A stretch of DNA of 63,956 nucleotides, counting the filler, from Octopus bimaculoides (lineage: Eukaryota), in assembly GCF_001194135.2 (NCBI RefSeq). It is 4 parts of 4 records of this genome, joined end to end, with 100 filler letters (N's around TTAATTAATTAA, not from the genome) between each part and the next. Parts side by side here need not be neighbours in the genome. Positions count along the whole stretch, not along the records: positions 21,843 to 50,663 come from NC_069000.1; positions 50,764 to 62,662 come from NC_069004.1; 2 more parts are not named here. One strand, given 5' to 3'. Positions 39,600-52,628 of this stretch are shown here, in pieces; the first letter of the stretch is position 1; the number at the start of each line of letters is the position of its first letter. The notes beneath the pieces were generated by a model. The model worked only from the letters and a program-made list of their open reading frames with translations. It was not told the origin of the DNA and ran no database searches. Both the position numbers and the translations under genes were made by a program.

Positions 39600-40348
39600 T
39601 GAATGTTACATTCATCATCACAAAACTCTCCATTGAGAAGACAAAACCATGAAGTTATAGAAATGGTGTTGAAATTTGGAACTTCATTGGCCCAAAATAA
39701 GATTATAAAGAACTGTAAAGAACTACCCTTCTACTATAAGTGGAAGGCCTGAAATTTTAGGGGAAGAGTTAATCAGTTACATTGACCTCAGTACTCAACT
39801 GGTACTTATTTTATTCATCCTGAATGGATGAAAAGCAAGGCCGATGTCAGAAGAATTTGAACTCAGAAAGTAAATAAAGTAGTAAATAAAGCTACTAAGC
39901 AATTTGTCTAGTAATTGCTTAGTAGCAATTGCTTACTAGTAGTAGTAATTTGTCTAGTGATGTAACATTTCTGCCAGCTTGATGCTTTGTAAAAAAATAA
40001 TAATAAAATAGAAATATAAAAAATATATAAATAGTATAAAAGATGCAGTTGTATCTTCAAAGCAATATGCATGCACATGCACATATGCATGCATATGCAC
40101 ACACACACACACACACACAAGTATATATATTTTTTGTTTGCTATAATATTTTTGCATTAAACCTGAATTAGGTGTAGTGACTTAACAACAGAAACATTGG
40201 CATGTCAATCAAGTTGAGATTGACCCAGTTAAGTTTATGTATGTGAGTGGTCACACATACACACACACACGCATGCATACACATACATACATACACAATA
40301 GTTGCCCTGACTGAAGCGCAAAAGTGAATATAACTGTTTTAATAACTG

Positions 40349-41476
40349 ACTTAGGTCATTCAAATTGCTAATGTTAGCAAAATAACTCATCCTCTACTGT
40401 AACTCTTTTTCCTGTTGTTTCCTTATTGCAGCCAAATAATGGATCCCAAGCAGAGTCAATGTAGCATCATTGAGTTCTTGAGGACAGACGAGTACAGGAT
40501 GTTCAACATCAACAGAAGGCTGCAAGTTGTTTACATCATTGACAAACTCAGATGGATGTAGAAGTTTAAAGAAGTGGGAACTGGCATTGAAGATTACCCA
40601 CATAATAAAAGAAATCAGCTATGACCACTGACATAGATTGCCAGTGAGTGGACAAACTGATTTGTGCAAACAGATAAGTCACGATCTATGTTCTTGCTGT
40701 GTAACTGGACTGTGACCACAATAATGTTACAGAAGATGGTAGAAGATTATGGGTATAAAAAAGTGTGTGAATATGAGCCCTTTGGCAGTTTATACCTGAT
40801 CTGAGGGGGAAAAGAGTGGAAGTGCTGAGGCCAACGAAGTTACTTTTTCCGAATCTGAGGGAAGAGGATGAAACATGGGTGTAGCTTTATGATGAAAGCT
40901 CAGTATATGGAATGGTGTCACAGTCTTTCTCTAAGGTCTATGAAGTTCAAGAGTAATTAACTCAAAAAGTATTTTGGGGAATGACAAAGCCATCATTCTT
41001 CTTGATTTTCTTGAATGTGGCTACATTGTATACAAAAAAAAAACAGTACATTGATTCATTGAAAAAGCTTAGAGAAGCTTTTAGGAGGAAGAGGCTGAAC
41101 AAGACTCTGAAAACAATCCATATTCAGAATGACAGTGCATGACCACACATATGTTTGGTAACAAATCAAGGAATCAGCAAACTGGATTAGTCAGTGGTCT
41201 CCTATTCATTGTACAGTCCAAATATAAATTTGGTCCCATGAAGAACTACAGACTTTGGGAACAATGATTTGATGACACAGACGAGATGAAAGTGGCTGTG
41301 AACAAATAGATGCAACAGTGCAGATCTGAGTTTTTTCAAAGAGGACTCAAGAGTTGGTTTCAACAATAGCACAAATGCATCCCTTGTGATAAAGACCATC
41401 TTCAGTAGTACCTTCGTTCTACTCAATAAATAAAAGATTTACTATTCCAGCATGTGGAATTTGAACAACCTTTGTC
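40349..41476 (+). mobile_element. Near full-length degenerate mariner with remnant TIRs
   Basis: MDPKQSQCSIIEFL..INRRLQVVY, YKKVC, DETWV, AQYMEWCH, DKAIILLDFLE, IQNDSA*PH, YSLYSP. Left TTAGGTCATTCAAATTGCTA and right TGTGGAATTTGAACAACCTTTG are imperfect inverted ends. Confidence 0.85.
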
Positions 41477-42255
41477 AATTAATAAAAAAATGTTATGCCC
41501 ATTTCTGCATTACTTTCACAATACCTTTCATATACACAGTGGACCCTTGATTTAATACTCACCTTCTTGTAATTTGAGCATATGCTATGACACCTCATCA
41601 CCACTATCGTCTTCTTTCCAGCTACTTTTAAATAATTTGGGTTAGCCATGTATCTCCTCCATAGCAAGGAACCTTTGCTCTTTCCTCTAGTTTAGCTTCT
41701 CAACCAATGGCATAAAACCACTTCCCTCTACAACTCCACTCAGCTGAGAGGGCTTTTCCTTTGTCTTGAGAATTACTTGGCAACACGGTGTCATCTAGTT
41801 TACTATGTAAAAGGGTTAGCATTATGAGGGTCATCCAACCATAGAAGCCATGCCAAAGCAGACATAGGTGCTTAATGCAGTTCTCTGACTCACTAAATCC
41901 TATTAAACTGTTCAACCCATGCCTTCAAAGAAGATGGATGCTAAATAATGGTGGTGATGATAATGATGATGATATATGTGTGTGATATATGTATGTATAC
42001 ACATGCATACATAAGCAAAAACACACACACTCACACATACACATACACATATAGATATGGATATATGCTAACACTAACATGCTAGTTAAATGATCTCATT
42101 ACAAACCCAACCAAGCAGGTGACTTCAAAAATGTGAATAGATTCGGTTCTATAACAATTTGCCTATGTCATACTGTGTTCATGTCCTTTATACATTTGAA
42201 TACATATGTACGTACATACACACATACATACATACATACATACATATATCATACA

Positions 42256-42306
<51 letters not shown>

Positions 42307-42764
42307 GTAGTTGTGTATGTGTGAAAGAATGTGTGTTTGTGTGAGGATATGGGTGTGTACATGTGGGTGTGTGTTTGAGTGTGTCTCTATGTGCTTGTAT
42401 GATACTATTGTATATGTGAATATATTTCTTTTGTAGTTTTGTAAATATAAGTCTTTGTGCATTTCTGGTCGTTACACATTTGTATAAATACATGCATCAA
42501 TAAGTAAATATATGACAAATATATGTTTGTGATTATGTATTCCATGTGCGTATTTGTGTATTTCTTTAATGCATATATATTTANNNNNNNNNNNNNNNNN
42601 NNNNNNNNNNNNNNNNNNNNNNNNNNNNNNNNNNNNNNNNNNNNNNNNNNNNNNNNNNNNNNNNNNNNNNNNNNNNNNNNNNNNNNNNNNNNNNNNNNTA
42701 TATATATATATATGCATACATGCACATACATACATACATGTTAACATAAGGGTGGAGATCAGTG

Positions 42765-42995
42765 AAAAAGATCAGTGAACTACTGAAAAATATACAGTTT
42801 CTCTACCCAGATTAGAAGTTCAGGTTTATACCTGTAATTATTGGGGCACTGGGATAAGTAACATTCTGTCTAAGTACCAATCTTGAGAAATTAGTCTTCT
42901 CAAATCCAGAAGGAAGAAAACTGATTTGAAGACTACAGATCCAAGCCATTACTGGAACTGTAAAAATTTGTAAAACTTTCTAGAATTTTATCATT
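42765..42995 (+). mobile_element. R4/NeSL-type RLE LINE C-terminal fragment
   Basis: QFLYPD*KFRFIPVIIGALG*VTFCLSTNLEKL ... TGTVKICKTF. Confidence 0.75.
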
Positions 42996-43949
42996 TAAGA
43001 ATGTAGCGGCACAATCAGTCAGCGTCATATTGGATGAGATCTCACAACAGCCATTGCCATCTCCGGAACTGGAGCGAGACCTCACCTGGATATAACGGCA
43101 AACTGGATATAAGGGCCCAGCAAACAGGTTCTATCTCTTCTTCACTGCAAGCACTTGTTGAACACACTTCGCTGGCTGGGTCTCCAGGCTAGTCTGCTTG
43201 TCGTATCTCCAGAGGCAATGGGCCAGCGTAACGAAGATACAACGAACACACACAGCTTGAGATGGCATACTGAGAGCAACACACTTCACCTTCAGTGTAA
43301 CTTGTAAATAAAACTGGTTGAGAATTTGAATTTTACTTAAGACTTCTTTCCTCACCTGCTGGAGCCTGAAACAACACAAAAAACAAAAATTAATGGGAGA
43401 AGGCAANNNNNNNNNNNNNNNNNNNNNNNNNNNNNNNNNNNNNNNNNNNNNNNNNNNNNNNNNNNNNNNNNNNNNNNNNNNNNNNNNNNNNNNNNNNNNN
43501 NNNNNNNNNNNNNNNNNNNNNNNNNNNNNNNNNNNNNNNNNNNNNNNNNNNNNNNNNNNNNNNNNNNNNNNNNTAAATGGTGACCCCGAATGTATGAATA
43601 ATTTCTGGCAGCCAAAAGGAGCTGCAGGACACCAGAAGACTCCACTTAACTTCCAGCCATCGTTCCGTCTGCTGCCACATTTGAATTGCCCCATGTGGAA
43701 ACAGGACTTCACCAGTCGCATGCCATTTTCTGGTGATTTTTTCAACTGACAAAAAAAAAACAAACAAAAAAACAAATTTATTGGTACAAGCACACACATA
43801 CATTCACACAGTGTTTTTGGTATATTTTTTTTTGTTTTCTTTGTGAAGGAAACAGGAAATGTGTCAAGGTCGACAGGAAGCGGTGCAGCTTCCTAGGTCT
43901 AAACAACAGTAGTATTATTCCCTTCATGGGACTGTCACATTAAGTTGAC

Positions 43950-44253
43950 AGCATACAACTACTTCATCGTATCACTTCTGCATAAATCTCTCTGAGAGAT
44001 TTAGAAATGTATTATTACAAAATTTCATGTTGGCTCTTTGTTTCAACTTCTTGTCCACGGCAAAAATTGTAGACTGCAGCATACACATGATCACAAAAGC
44101 ATAAGTTTCACAACCTGTGAAGTAAACACAGTGATATCACTTGGCACACTGCCTCATGAAGGTCACTGCTAGCTCTCATCGTATATGCAACAGTGTACTG
44201 CCATCTGTTGGTGCACTACAGAACTAGTATGCAAATTTTTTGATATCACCTCA
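43950..44253 (-). mobile_element. Mariner 5' end (TIR, 5' UTR and start of transposase)
   Basis: Minus strand begins ATGAGGTGATATCAAAA (TIR-like) and encodes LKQRANMKFC. Confidence 0.6.
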
Positions 44254-46993
44254 TATTTGGTGAGAATGTAATTTTTATTTGTATATTGCTAATATATATT
44301 GTTACAGTTTTCCATACCAACAAAAAATTATTAATCTCTAGTTTAGGACCTGGTCACAAAAATGAAAATGAAATAGTGCAATAGGTGTAGAATAATGTGT
44401 AGTAGACAAAGATGAAAAAAAAATGCGTGCTGATGGTGGGGAAAGGACTTGGAAAATTCATATCGTGAATTTTCCAAGTCCTCTCACTACCCCAACCCGT
44501 TCATTGGCACAAACTTTTTTTCATATTCATTTACTACATGTTATTTTAAACCTATTACACTTGTTTTTTTGGTGACTGAGTGTCAAAGTTGGGTTACTGG
44601 ATCATGTGAATTTCCTGAGTCTTCTCCCCCACCTACCCCCATTCATCAGTGCGCATTTTTTTTGCATATTCGTTTACTGCACAATATTTTACACCTATTA
44701 CACTATTTTTTTTTTTCATTTTTGTGAACAGGTCCTAAACTAGAGATTAACCCAAAAAATATACACACTCACAGACAATAAAAGAAAATTAAACTTTTTC
44801 CCAAATGTATTCTAAGTGTCAGAAGCCATGTCATCATTAAATGAAATTAATGGAACCAAACTTGGTTAACTGGGGACAACTGTTGTTATCATTGTTTAGC
44901 CCCAGATTGGCTCTAAAAAGAAAGACCTATGATTAAAGGTTGCAGCCATGATCTTGCCTTAGTTTTTAGACATATAGCATCAATGATGCTATGCACATTA
45001 TATACAAGCTATATGATATGTCCTTACTTTTGTGGTAGGATAGATGGGATTCTAAGGAAATTTGGTGGGTTTTTTTAAGCTGATCAAGCAATCATTAAGA
45101 GGTCCCTTGTTAGAATAGTATAACATTTATAATAGTATAGCATTTATAATAGTATAACTTGTAGAATTCAGCATTGAGACATTGAGAATAGTAAAATCGA
45201 TTTCTACCTCTTGAAAAGCTCAGCACCATACTACATCAAAACATTTGTCAATTTTCCAAATCTGTCTCTACTTTTACAGTAAAATCTCCTTATCACTAGA
45301 TGCATTTGGCCATTTTATGTTAAGTGTCAAAGCACAATTATTGTGAACAAAATACAAGCCAGACACTTCCAATAGTTGTTTAACACCCTATCGAGGGCCT
45401 CTGCAATTTTTTTATACTCAAAATTTAAAAGAGTTGTTAAAATGTGGACATTTCTCTTTCCACCCCCTCTCTGCCAATTTGTTTTATTTTTGTTTCTTTT
45501 CTGTCTCTTTCGGCATCTATTTGCATGTCTTTCTCCTGTTTACCCTGTTTTTATCTCCCTTCCTCCTGGTTCTGTACCCTTGTTCTTTTTTTTTCTTTTG
45601 ACCACTCTCTCTTCTTATCTCCCTCCTCTGCACTCTAGATTACATCTAATGTTCTGAATAACTTAGAGACATTTCACATTAGGTATATTTCCCATTAGCT
45701 ATATATGTTGGTTTTAAAAGCAGGCAAGCTGCCCACAGTGAACTTTCACAGGGCGGTTAACTTACAGGAATGTACAAGAATAAAGCAGGATATTTAATCT
45801 GGAATAATTTGGAATGGTGACGAGACTCATTATTATGTTGGCAAGCCAAAAATAGAACCTTCATGCAATCATTAACCTTTAGAATGTTGTCTTTCTGCAT
45901 ATAAAAACATTGTCATTTGTGGACTGTTGTGGATGTCATTTGGGGTCACTAATTAAAAGTTTTTTGCTAACACTTCAACCCATTTCTAGATAATTTAACC
46001 ATTTCATTGGCTTCCTAACTTTCATACTCTTTTTCTGACTGTCTATCTCTATTTTTATATATAAATAATGAGTGTGTACATACATATACATATCCAGATA
46101 CACACACACACACACACACACACACACTGACATACGTGTACATATATTTATGTCCACATATACATACATACATAATTTATATGCATACATACACAAATGC
46201 ACACTTACACACATACTAACATTATCATCATCATCATTCAATGCCCATTTTCCATGGAAGCATAGGTTGGACAAACATACATGGGTTGGACATATATGCA
46301 TACATACATATTACTAATCCTTTTCTTATAACCTTAGCCTTCACCAAAACCATTATGCTTGTTAGTGACTCTGATATCAAAATAATCATGTGCATGCATA
46401 CAAATACTTTTTATATTTTTTTTACATTTCAAAAAATGAAAACAAATTATTTAATAGTGATATAAACAAGAGTATTTTTTGCACTAAAAGCCAATATGAG
46501 TTTTTTTTTCTCATGGTATCTACTGCAGTATATTTTATTCCAATAGAACATCCATGTTTAAGTGAAGATAAATATTACCTCTTGGTATTAATATTGCCTC
46601 TATCATGAATATAAATCTTTTTTAACAAGCTCACTGGCTAATCGTGATGCCAGCACCTGTTCTGGCAGTTATTCTATATATCACTAGCAGGGAAATGTGT
46701 TGCTGCTATCTCTAGTGGTCAAGTGTCCATCATTGACAAAACCAAGGAAGATTGAAATCACATGATCTGGTGGGGATTTATCTCCCCACTAGCGATATAA
46801 ACAATAGTGATTTTTACACCAAAAGCCAATATGAAAGCTTCTCTCATGGTATCTACTGCAGTACAGTTTGTACCAACAGAACATCCAAGTTTCAGTGAGG
46901 ATAAATATTACCTCTCGAAATAATTAGATGTTCCTGTGAAGACATATGATGATGCAAGATTATTTATCTAACAACATCCATACGTTGAAAAGA

Positions 46994-47070
46994 AGGCTTT
47001 ATAGAGATGATGGGTTATTAATAATACGGTATGAGTAGCCATGAATTAAATAGACTTAGAAAAACCTCAC
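46994..47070 (+). mobile_element. Penelope-like reverse transcriptase fragment
   Basis: RLYRDDGLLIIR then (frameshift) MSSHELNRLRK, matching the Penelope YRDDG motif and downstream helix. Confidence 0.6.
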
Positions 47071-47599
47071 GTAATTCTTTGGTTATATATCTAAATGACT
47101 TAAAGGATAATCAGATGGGGCAATGCCTGGCAAATATGGTTGGTAGGGCATCATTTCTCATTGAAGCTGCTCCAGCCTTCAGAATGTCATCCGGCTTGAA
47201 ATTTCTGGAACCACTGTTGACACTGGCTTGCACTTATTGTTTGATCCTCATATTAAGAGAGGAGAAGTGAGAAGGAGTGAAGAGAGGAAGTAGGTGTCAG
47301 ATGAAGAGAGGAGAGGAGGGGAGTTGAGCCCATGTGGTGCAAAGGAACGAAGAAAGAAGTTTAATTCCTGTTCACAGCGAAGGCGGGAGTCCGATGGCCC
47401 CATTCAAAGACAATCTGAATACAGACAAGTGTTGAAGTGAATGACTGGTAGAGCAGAAATGGTGTGAGATTGGGGTATCATCACCCTCTGCCCTCTAACC
47501 CCATGCCTAACTACCAACAACAGACTATTTGAAAAAAATACACAGCTCAAACCAAAGAAGAACCTGAAGGAAAAAAATAATAGCACTACCAATAAGGAA

Positions 47600-47800
47600 A
47601 GGACAACTGGAACCAGTGATCTAAGGGATTTAAGTGAAAATCAGAAGACTTTAGATGAGTTGCAGGAAGTAATGAATAAAGAAGTAAGAAAAAGATTGCC
47701 AGCATTAAACGGTACCAACAGAAGGAAGCTGTTAGAAATGACTAGGAAAGTAGATTCTGTTATCAGTAGAATAGATACTAAAAATATAGGAGACACTAAA
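47600..47800 (+). mobile_element. R4/Dong-like ORF N-terminal fragment
   Basis: EVRKRLPALNGTNRRKLLEMTRKVDSVISRIDTKNIGDTK resembles the pre-RT region of R4-clade ORFs. Confidence 0.55.
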
Positions 47801-47841
47801 AAATATATATATGCATACATACATGTATGTAGGTATATATA

Positions 47842-49147
47842 CAGGGTGTCCTCCCAAAAATTGACATCATTTCATAGTCTAATAAGATAGCCAATTCTCA
47901 CTCAAATGATCTCAAATTTTAACAACGTGCGTAAAAACTAAGTTTTCTTTCTTTCTTTTTTGTTCAGAGTGAAGAATGACATTTACTAGAAATGAAAAAG
48001 CATTGTGTGTTAGAATGTACTCAAACACAGTCAAGCAAGAATGTGCAGCATACATTTTCGAGAAAGTTCAATAAAAATGCACCAACTGGAAAGCAGATTT
48101 GGACATGACACAAAAAATTCAAAGAGGAAGGCTGTCTGTGTAAAACAAAGGAAACTATCATCAATCAGGCCTGGGAAACATTTGTGAGAAGCCCCTAGAA
48201 ATCCTGTAAGAAGAGCATCTATGGAAACCCAGCTTTCTTGTACAACACTTTGGTGTGTAATAAGGAAATGCTTGCAAATGACACCCTATAAGCTGCAGCT
48301 CATTCAAGCCTTAAACACTGATGACAAGGGAAAGTGCATGCAATTCTATGTCACTATACAAGGAAAACTTGAAGATGAGGAGTTTGAAAAGCATCTTGTT
48401 TTCAGTGATGAGGCCACATTTCATATGAATGGCAAAGTCAGCAAGTATAATGTTTGTATTTGTGGGGAAGAAAATCCCCATGCACATAAGGAATTCATCG
48501 AAAGTGAATGTGTTCTGTACAATCTCCAAGAATCATCTTTATGAGCCATTTTTCTTTGAGGGAAATGTGACTGGTGGTGTTTATCTGCAAATGCATCAAA
48601 AATGGTTATTTGATGAGCTCATTGCAAAAGAACATAAATGCTTCATTTTCCAACAGGATGGGGCTCCACCTCACTGGAAGCTAACTGTGCAAGCTTATCT
48701 CACGAGAGAGATGGATGAGGCATGACAGTGATAATGATGATATGCTGTTGAAATGGCCACCACATTCATCTGACGATTTTTTTCTATGAGGTTATGTGAA
48801 AGAACTGGTCTATATGCCTCACCCTCTTCTTACAAGCCTAGAGGAACTCAAGCAGATAATCACTGAGGCACTGGGGAATGTTAAGCAAGACAAGCTACAG
48901 TGTGGTTGAGAAGAGCTGGACTACTAATTTGACATGTGTCGTGTCACAGGTGGTGTGCATATTGAACATTCGTGAAGCTTTGTGAAATCAGTTATAAAAT
49001 CTATATCCCTTTGAATCTCTTGTTCAAATTTTGATAAATAATTTTTTTATTGTTCAATGTGAAGCCTATTTAATTTCGTTTGCCTTGGATATGTAGATAC
49101 TCAGATATTCACATTTCAAATGATGTCAATTTGTTTGAAACACCATG
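47842..49147 (+). mobile_element. Near full-length Tc1/mariner (DDxD) element with both TIRs; transposase pseudogenised
   Basis: Left TA|CAGGGTGTCCTCCCAAAAATTGACATCATTT; right AAATGATGTCAATTTGTTTGAAACACCATG. Encodes PYKLQLIQAL, LVFSDEATFHMNGKVSKYN, FIFQQDGAPPH, WPPHS and DFFL*GYVK. Confidence 0.92.
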
Positions 49148-49697
49148 TGTATGTACATACATATGTTTCATCTAGTTTTCTGTTTGTTGCATTTTTGTTG
49201 GTTTTTTTGTTTGTTGTACTTTCATCTAATTTTTCTTTTGGCTTTGTTCTTTCTGTTCAACCTTTGATATAAATATATATAGATNNNNNNNNNNNNNNNN
49301 NNNNNNNNNNNNNNNNNNNNNNNNNNNNNNNNNNNNNNNNNNNNNNNNNNNNNNNNNNNNNNNNNNNNNNNNNNNNNNNNNNNNNNNNNNNNNNNNNNNN
49401 NNNNNNNNNNNNNNNNNNNNNNNNNNNNNNNNNNNNNNNNNNNNNNNNNNNNNNNNNNNNNNNNNNNNNNNNNNNNNNNNNNNNNTCTGAAGTGGGAATT
49501 CATTTGTTGATAATTCTATGGATTACTCAACAAGTTGTTGTTCACTGGTTTACATGAGTGCCTGATGAGTTTGGGGGTTATATAGTGTATTGTGTAATCT
49601 AAATAATTGTATGGTGCTTATATCAAAATAAACATGCCTAATGAATCAATTGTAGCAACACTTGTAAACCCATTTGTGTGTGTGTGTGTGTGTGTGT

Positions 49698-50615
49698 TTG
49701 TTGATTAGCAAATTGGGTCTTACTCGTTGGATTCTTGCTCTGAGCCTCGTCAGGGTCTCAATGTAGGCCTCAGAGTTTATTGTTTTTCCTTTTGGTAAGA
49801 AATTGACCAGAATGACACTTTGAGCATCCCAAAAGACAGTCGCCATGATTTTTCCAGCTGACTTTTGCGTCTCGAACATTTTCGGTGGTGGTGATGTAGA
49901 GTGGCGCCATTCCATTGATTGCCTCTTTGATTCTAGTTCATAATGATGAACCCATGTTTCATCACCTGTTGCGAGCCTTCGAAAGAAGGTGTTGTCTCTT
50001 TGACTTTGTTCGAGAAGTTCAGTGCAGGCATTGACCCTGTCAGTCTTGTGTTCAGTAGTCAGCTTTCTCAGTACCCAACGGGCACACACTTTTGAAAAGC
50101 CAAGTGATTCGACAATGTTTTAAGCACTTCCATGGCTCACTTCAAGGTTTTCTGCCAACTCATCAAGAGTTATGCGCCTGTCTTCTCTGATCAGAGCATC
50201 TGCTTTTGCTTTATTGGCAGGATTCACAGAAGAAGACAGACAGCCAGAATGGAGTTTATTGGCTACATTTACAGTTCCCACCTTTTCATCTTTCAGACGA
50301 TGGACTCACCTGCATACATTGCTATAATCTAGAGTATTGCCCTCAAAGACATTTTGTAATCGTCGGTGAATGTTCACAGGGATTTGCCCCCTCAGCAACA
50401 AGAAATTCAATCACTGCTCTTTGTTTTTGATGTAACTCTAAGGGGGTAGCCATTTTGAATTGTCCTTACCAGTCTAAAACCTGAAAAGTAAGAAACAAAA
50501 TATTTCAGAACATAAATGATATAATCATTTATAACTGGAAAAATTTTCAGTTATTTTTATCAAAAACTTCATGTGAAATAAAGAAAATGGCATTACTTTT
50601 TGACTCACCCTTGTA
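49698..50615 (-). mobile_element. Mariner element with 5' TIR, truncated in the catalytic domain
   Basis: ~130 uninterrupted codons: CARWVLRKLT...LATGDETWVHHYELESKRQSMEWRH...SAGKIMATVFWDAQSVILVNFL..TINSEAYIETL. TIR TACAAGGGTGAGTCAAAAAGTAATGCC at ~50590-50615. Confidence 0.93.
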
Positions 50616-50663
50616 CATACTAGAGGGAGATTGGGAACATTGAGTAGCATATGCATATATACT

Positions 50664-50763
50664 NNNNNNNNNNNNNNNNNNNNNNNNNNNNNNNNNNNNN
50701 NNNNNNNTTAATTAATTAANNNNNNNNNNNNNNNNNNNNNNNNNNNNNNNNNNNNNNNNNNNN
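50664..50763. other. Artificial scaffold linker N44-TTAATTAATTAA-N44
   Basis: Identical to the linker at 21743-21842. Confidence 0.95.
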
Positions 50764-51529
50764 ATATATATATATATATGTATATGTATATGTATATATA
50801 ACTGGCTCTGGCGAAAGTAACATTAATAGTGTTTAGATCATTCAATTTTTCTCAACTAATCAACAGATCAATTGAGTAAGCCTACCAATAACGTACCTGT
50901 AATGATTACTGGAAACAGGTAAAAGCCAAATTTTATCCATTATAGGAAAAATATGTAATGACTATTATTTAGACCATGTCTAATATGTGTGCGTGTCTTT
51001 ATGTGTGTGTTCCTTCCCCACCACCGCTTGACAAACAACCCTCCTCCCCCCATCCGCAAAATCAAGCAAACAAACAAACAAATAAAACAAACAAGTCCTG
51101 GGGGTCCATTTGCTCCAAATAAAACACTACAAGGGGGTGCCCCATCATGGCCGTAGTCAAATGACTGAAACAAATAAAAAAAAATGAAGGATACAATGGA
51201 TAAGTTATAGCTTCTTCTTTGCATCTTATAACCCTCGGCGGTGTCGCTACCATATTCTTAAGGTTGGAACAGAGACAATAAGGGGCCGCAGTGTAAAATT
51301 TCCTTTTTGTTGCTTTTTGTTGTTGTTTGTATTATCTTCATCTCTTTACCTTTCAATGTTACGCTTTATTCTTTTCTTTGTTTTGTTTTGTTTCCAATTT
51401 GATGTGGCTGATGTACCACGTTAGTATCACGATGGGATTTATTTATATATGTAGATTCTCCAATCTCCAAACGTGGAAGTCTGCTAGGCTATAAAAACAG
51501 TTTTCTGTAATCAATCCACGCCATGCTAA

Positions 51530-51612
51530 GTGCCTTCCTTCCTTCCTTCCTTTCTTTCTTTCTTTCTTTCCTTCTTTCTTTCTTTCTTTCTTTCTTTCCT
51601 TCTTTCTTTCCT

Positions 51613-51648
<36 letters not shown>

Positions 51649-51801
51649 TCCCTAGTATTCTTCATCTTCTTCTCCTCCTCCTCCTCCTCCTCCTCCCCAC
51701 TCCTTCCATTCATTCTTCTTCTCCTCCTCCTCCTCTTCCCATTTCTTCTTCTTCTTCTTCTTCTTCTTCTTCTTCTTCTTCTTCTTCTTCTTCTTCTTCT
51801 T

Positions 51802-51832
<31 letters not shown>

Positions 51833-51856
51833 TTATTATTATTATTATTATTATTN
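51530..51856. repeat. Compound polypyrimidine microsatellite (CTTT)n-(CCT)n-(CTT)n-(ATT)n
   Basis: Read directly from the sequence. Confidence 0.95.
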
Positions 51857-52153
51857 NNNNNNNNNNNCCAGTGTCCCTTCCTTACAAAACATACATCATT
51901 TCCGACACCTCTTGTGCTCCCACAACGTAACTTGTTATTACTTTCAAGATAAGCAGGCGTTGTAATGGAAAGGAAAAAATTGGTAGAGCGGCTAACAAAA
52001 CCAAAATGTGATACGATATATATATATATAAGTGAAGTCGATTTACGCCCAGCCAGTTTCCAGCCTTCCGAGATCTATAAAATGGGAACAGTAAATATAC
52101 AAAGGTCGATATCATTGATTGAATTCGCAGGTATCAATTCCATGTGTTGGACC

Positions 52154-52216
<63 letters not shown>

Positions 52217-52589
52217 GATGATTATTTCATTTATCTGCCAAAAGGGCGGAGGAAGAGGGGGACAATACAAAAATAGTCATACAGAGTTGGGGTTTACATG
52301 TATTTTTTACTCTTTTACTTGTTTCAGTCATTTGCTTGTGGCCATGCTGGAGCATCGCCTTTAGTCGAGAAAATCATCGACCCCGGGACTTATTCTTTTG
52401 TAAGCCTAGTACTTATTCTATCGGTGTCTTTTTGCCGAACCACTAAGCTACGGGGACTTAAACACATCAGCATCGGTTGTCAAGCGATGTTGGGGGACAA
52501 ACACAGATACACAACATATACACACACATACATATATATAGTAATAGTAGTAGAAGTAGTAGTATTCGCAGCAGCAGCAACAGCAGCGT

Positions 52590-52628
<39 letters not shown>

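Noticed and set aside
40394-40603. 69-aa minus-strand ORF, and a strong-looking acceptor on the plus strand
   Set aside because: It is the antisense of a mariner N-terminus within the element at 40349-41476.
46460-46915. Two ~110-bp direct repeats with a short shared minus-strand frame (LSSLKxGCSxG...TAVDTMR)
   Set aside because: Substitutions are spread across codon positions and there are no splice signals; best treated as a small local duplication.
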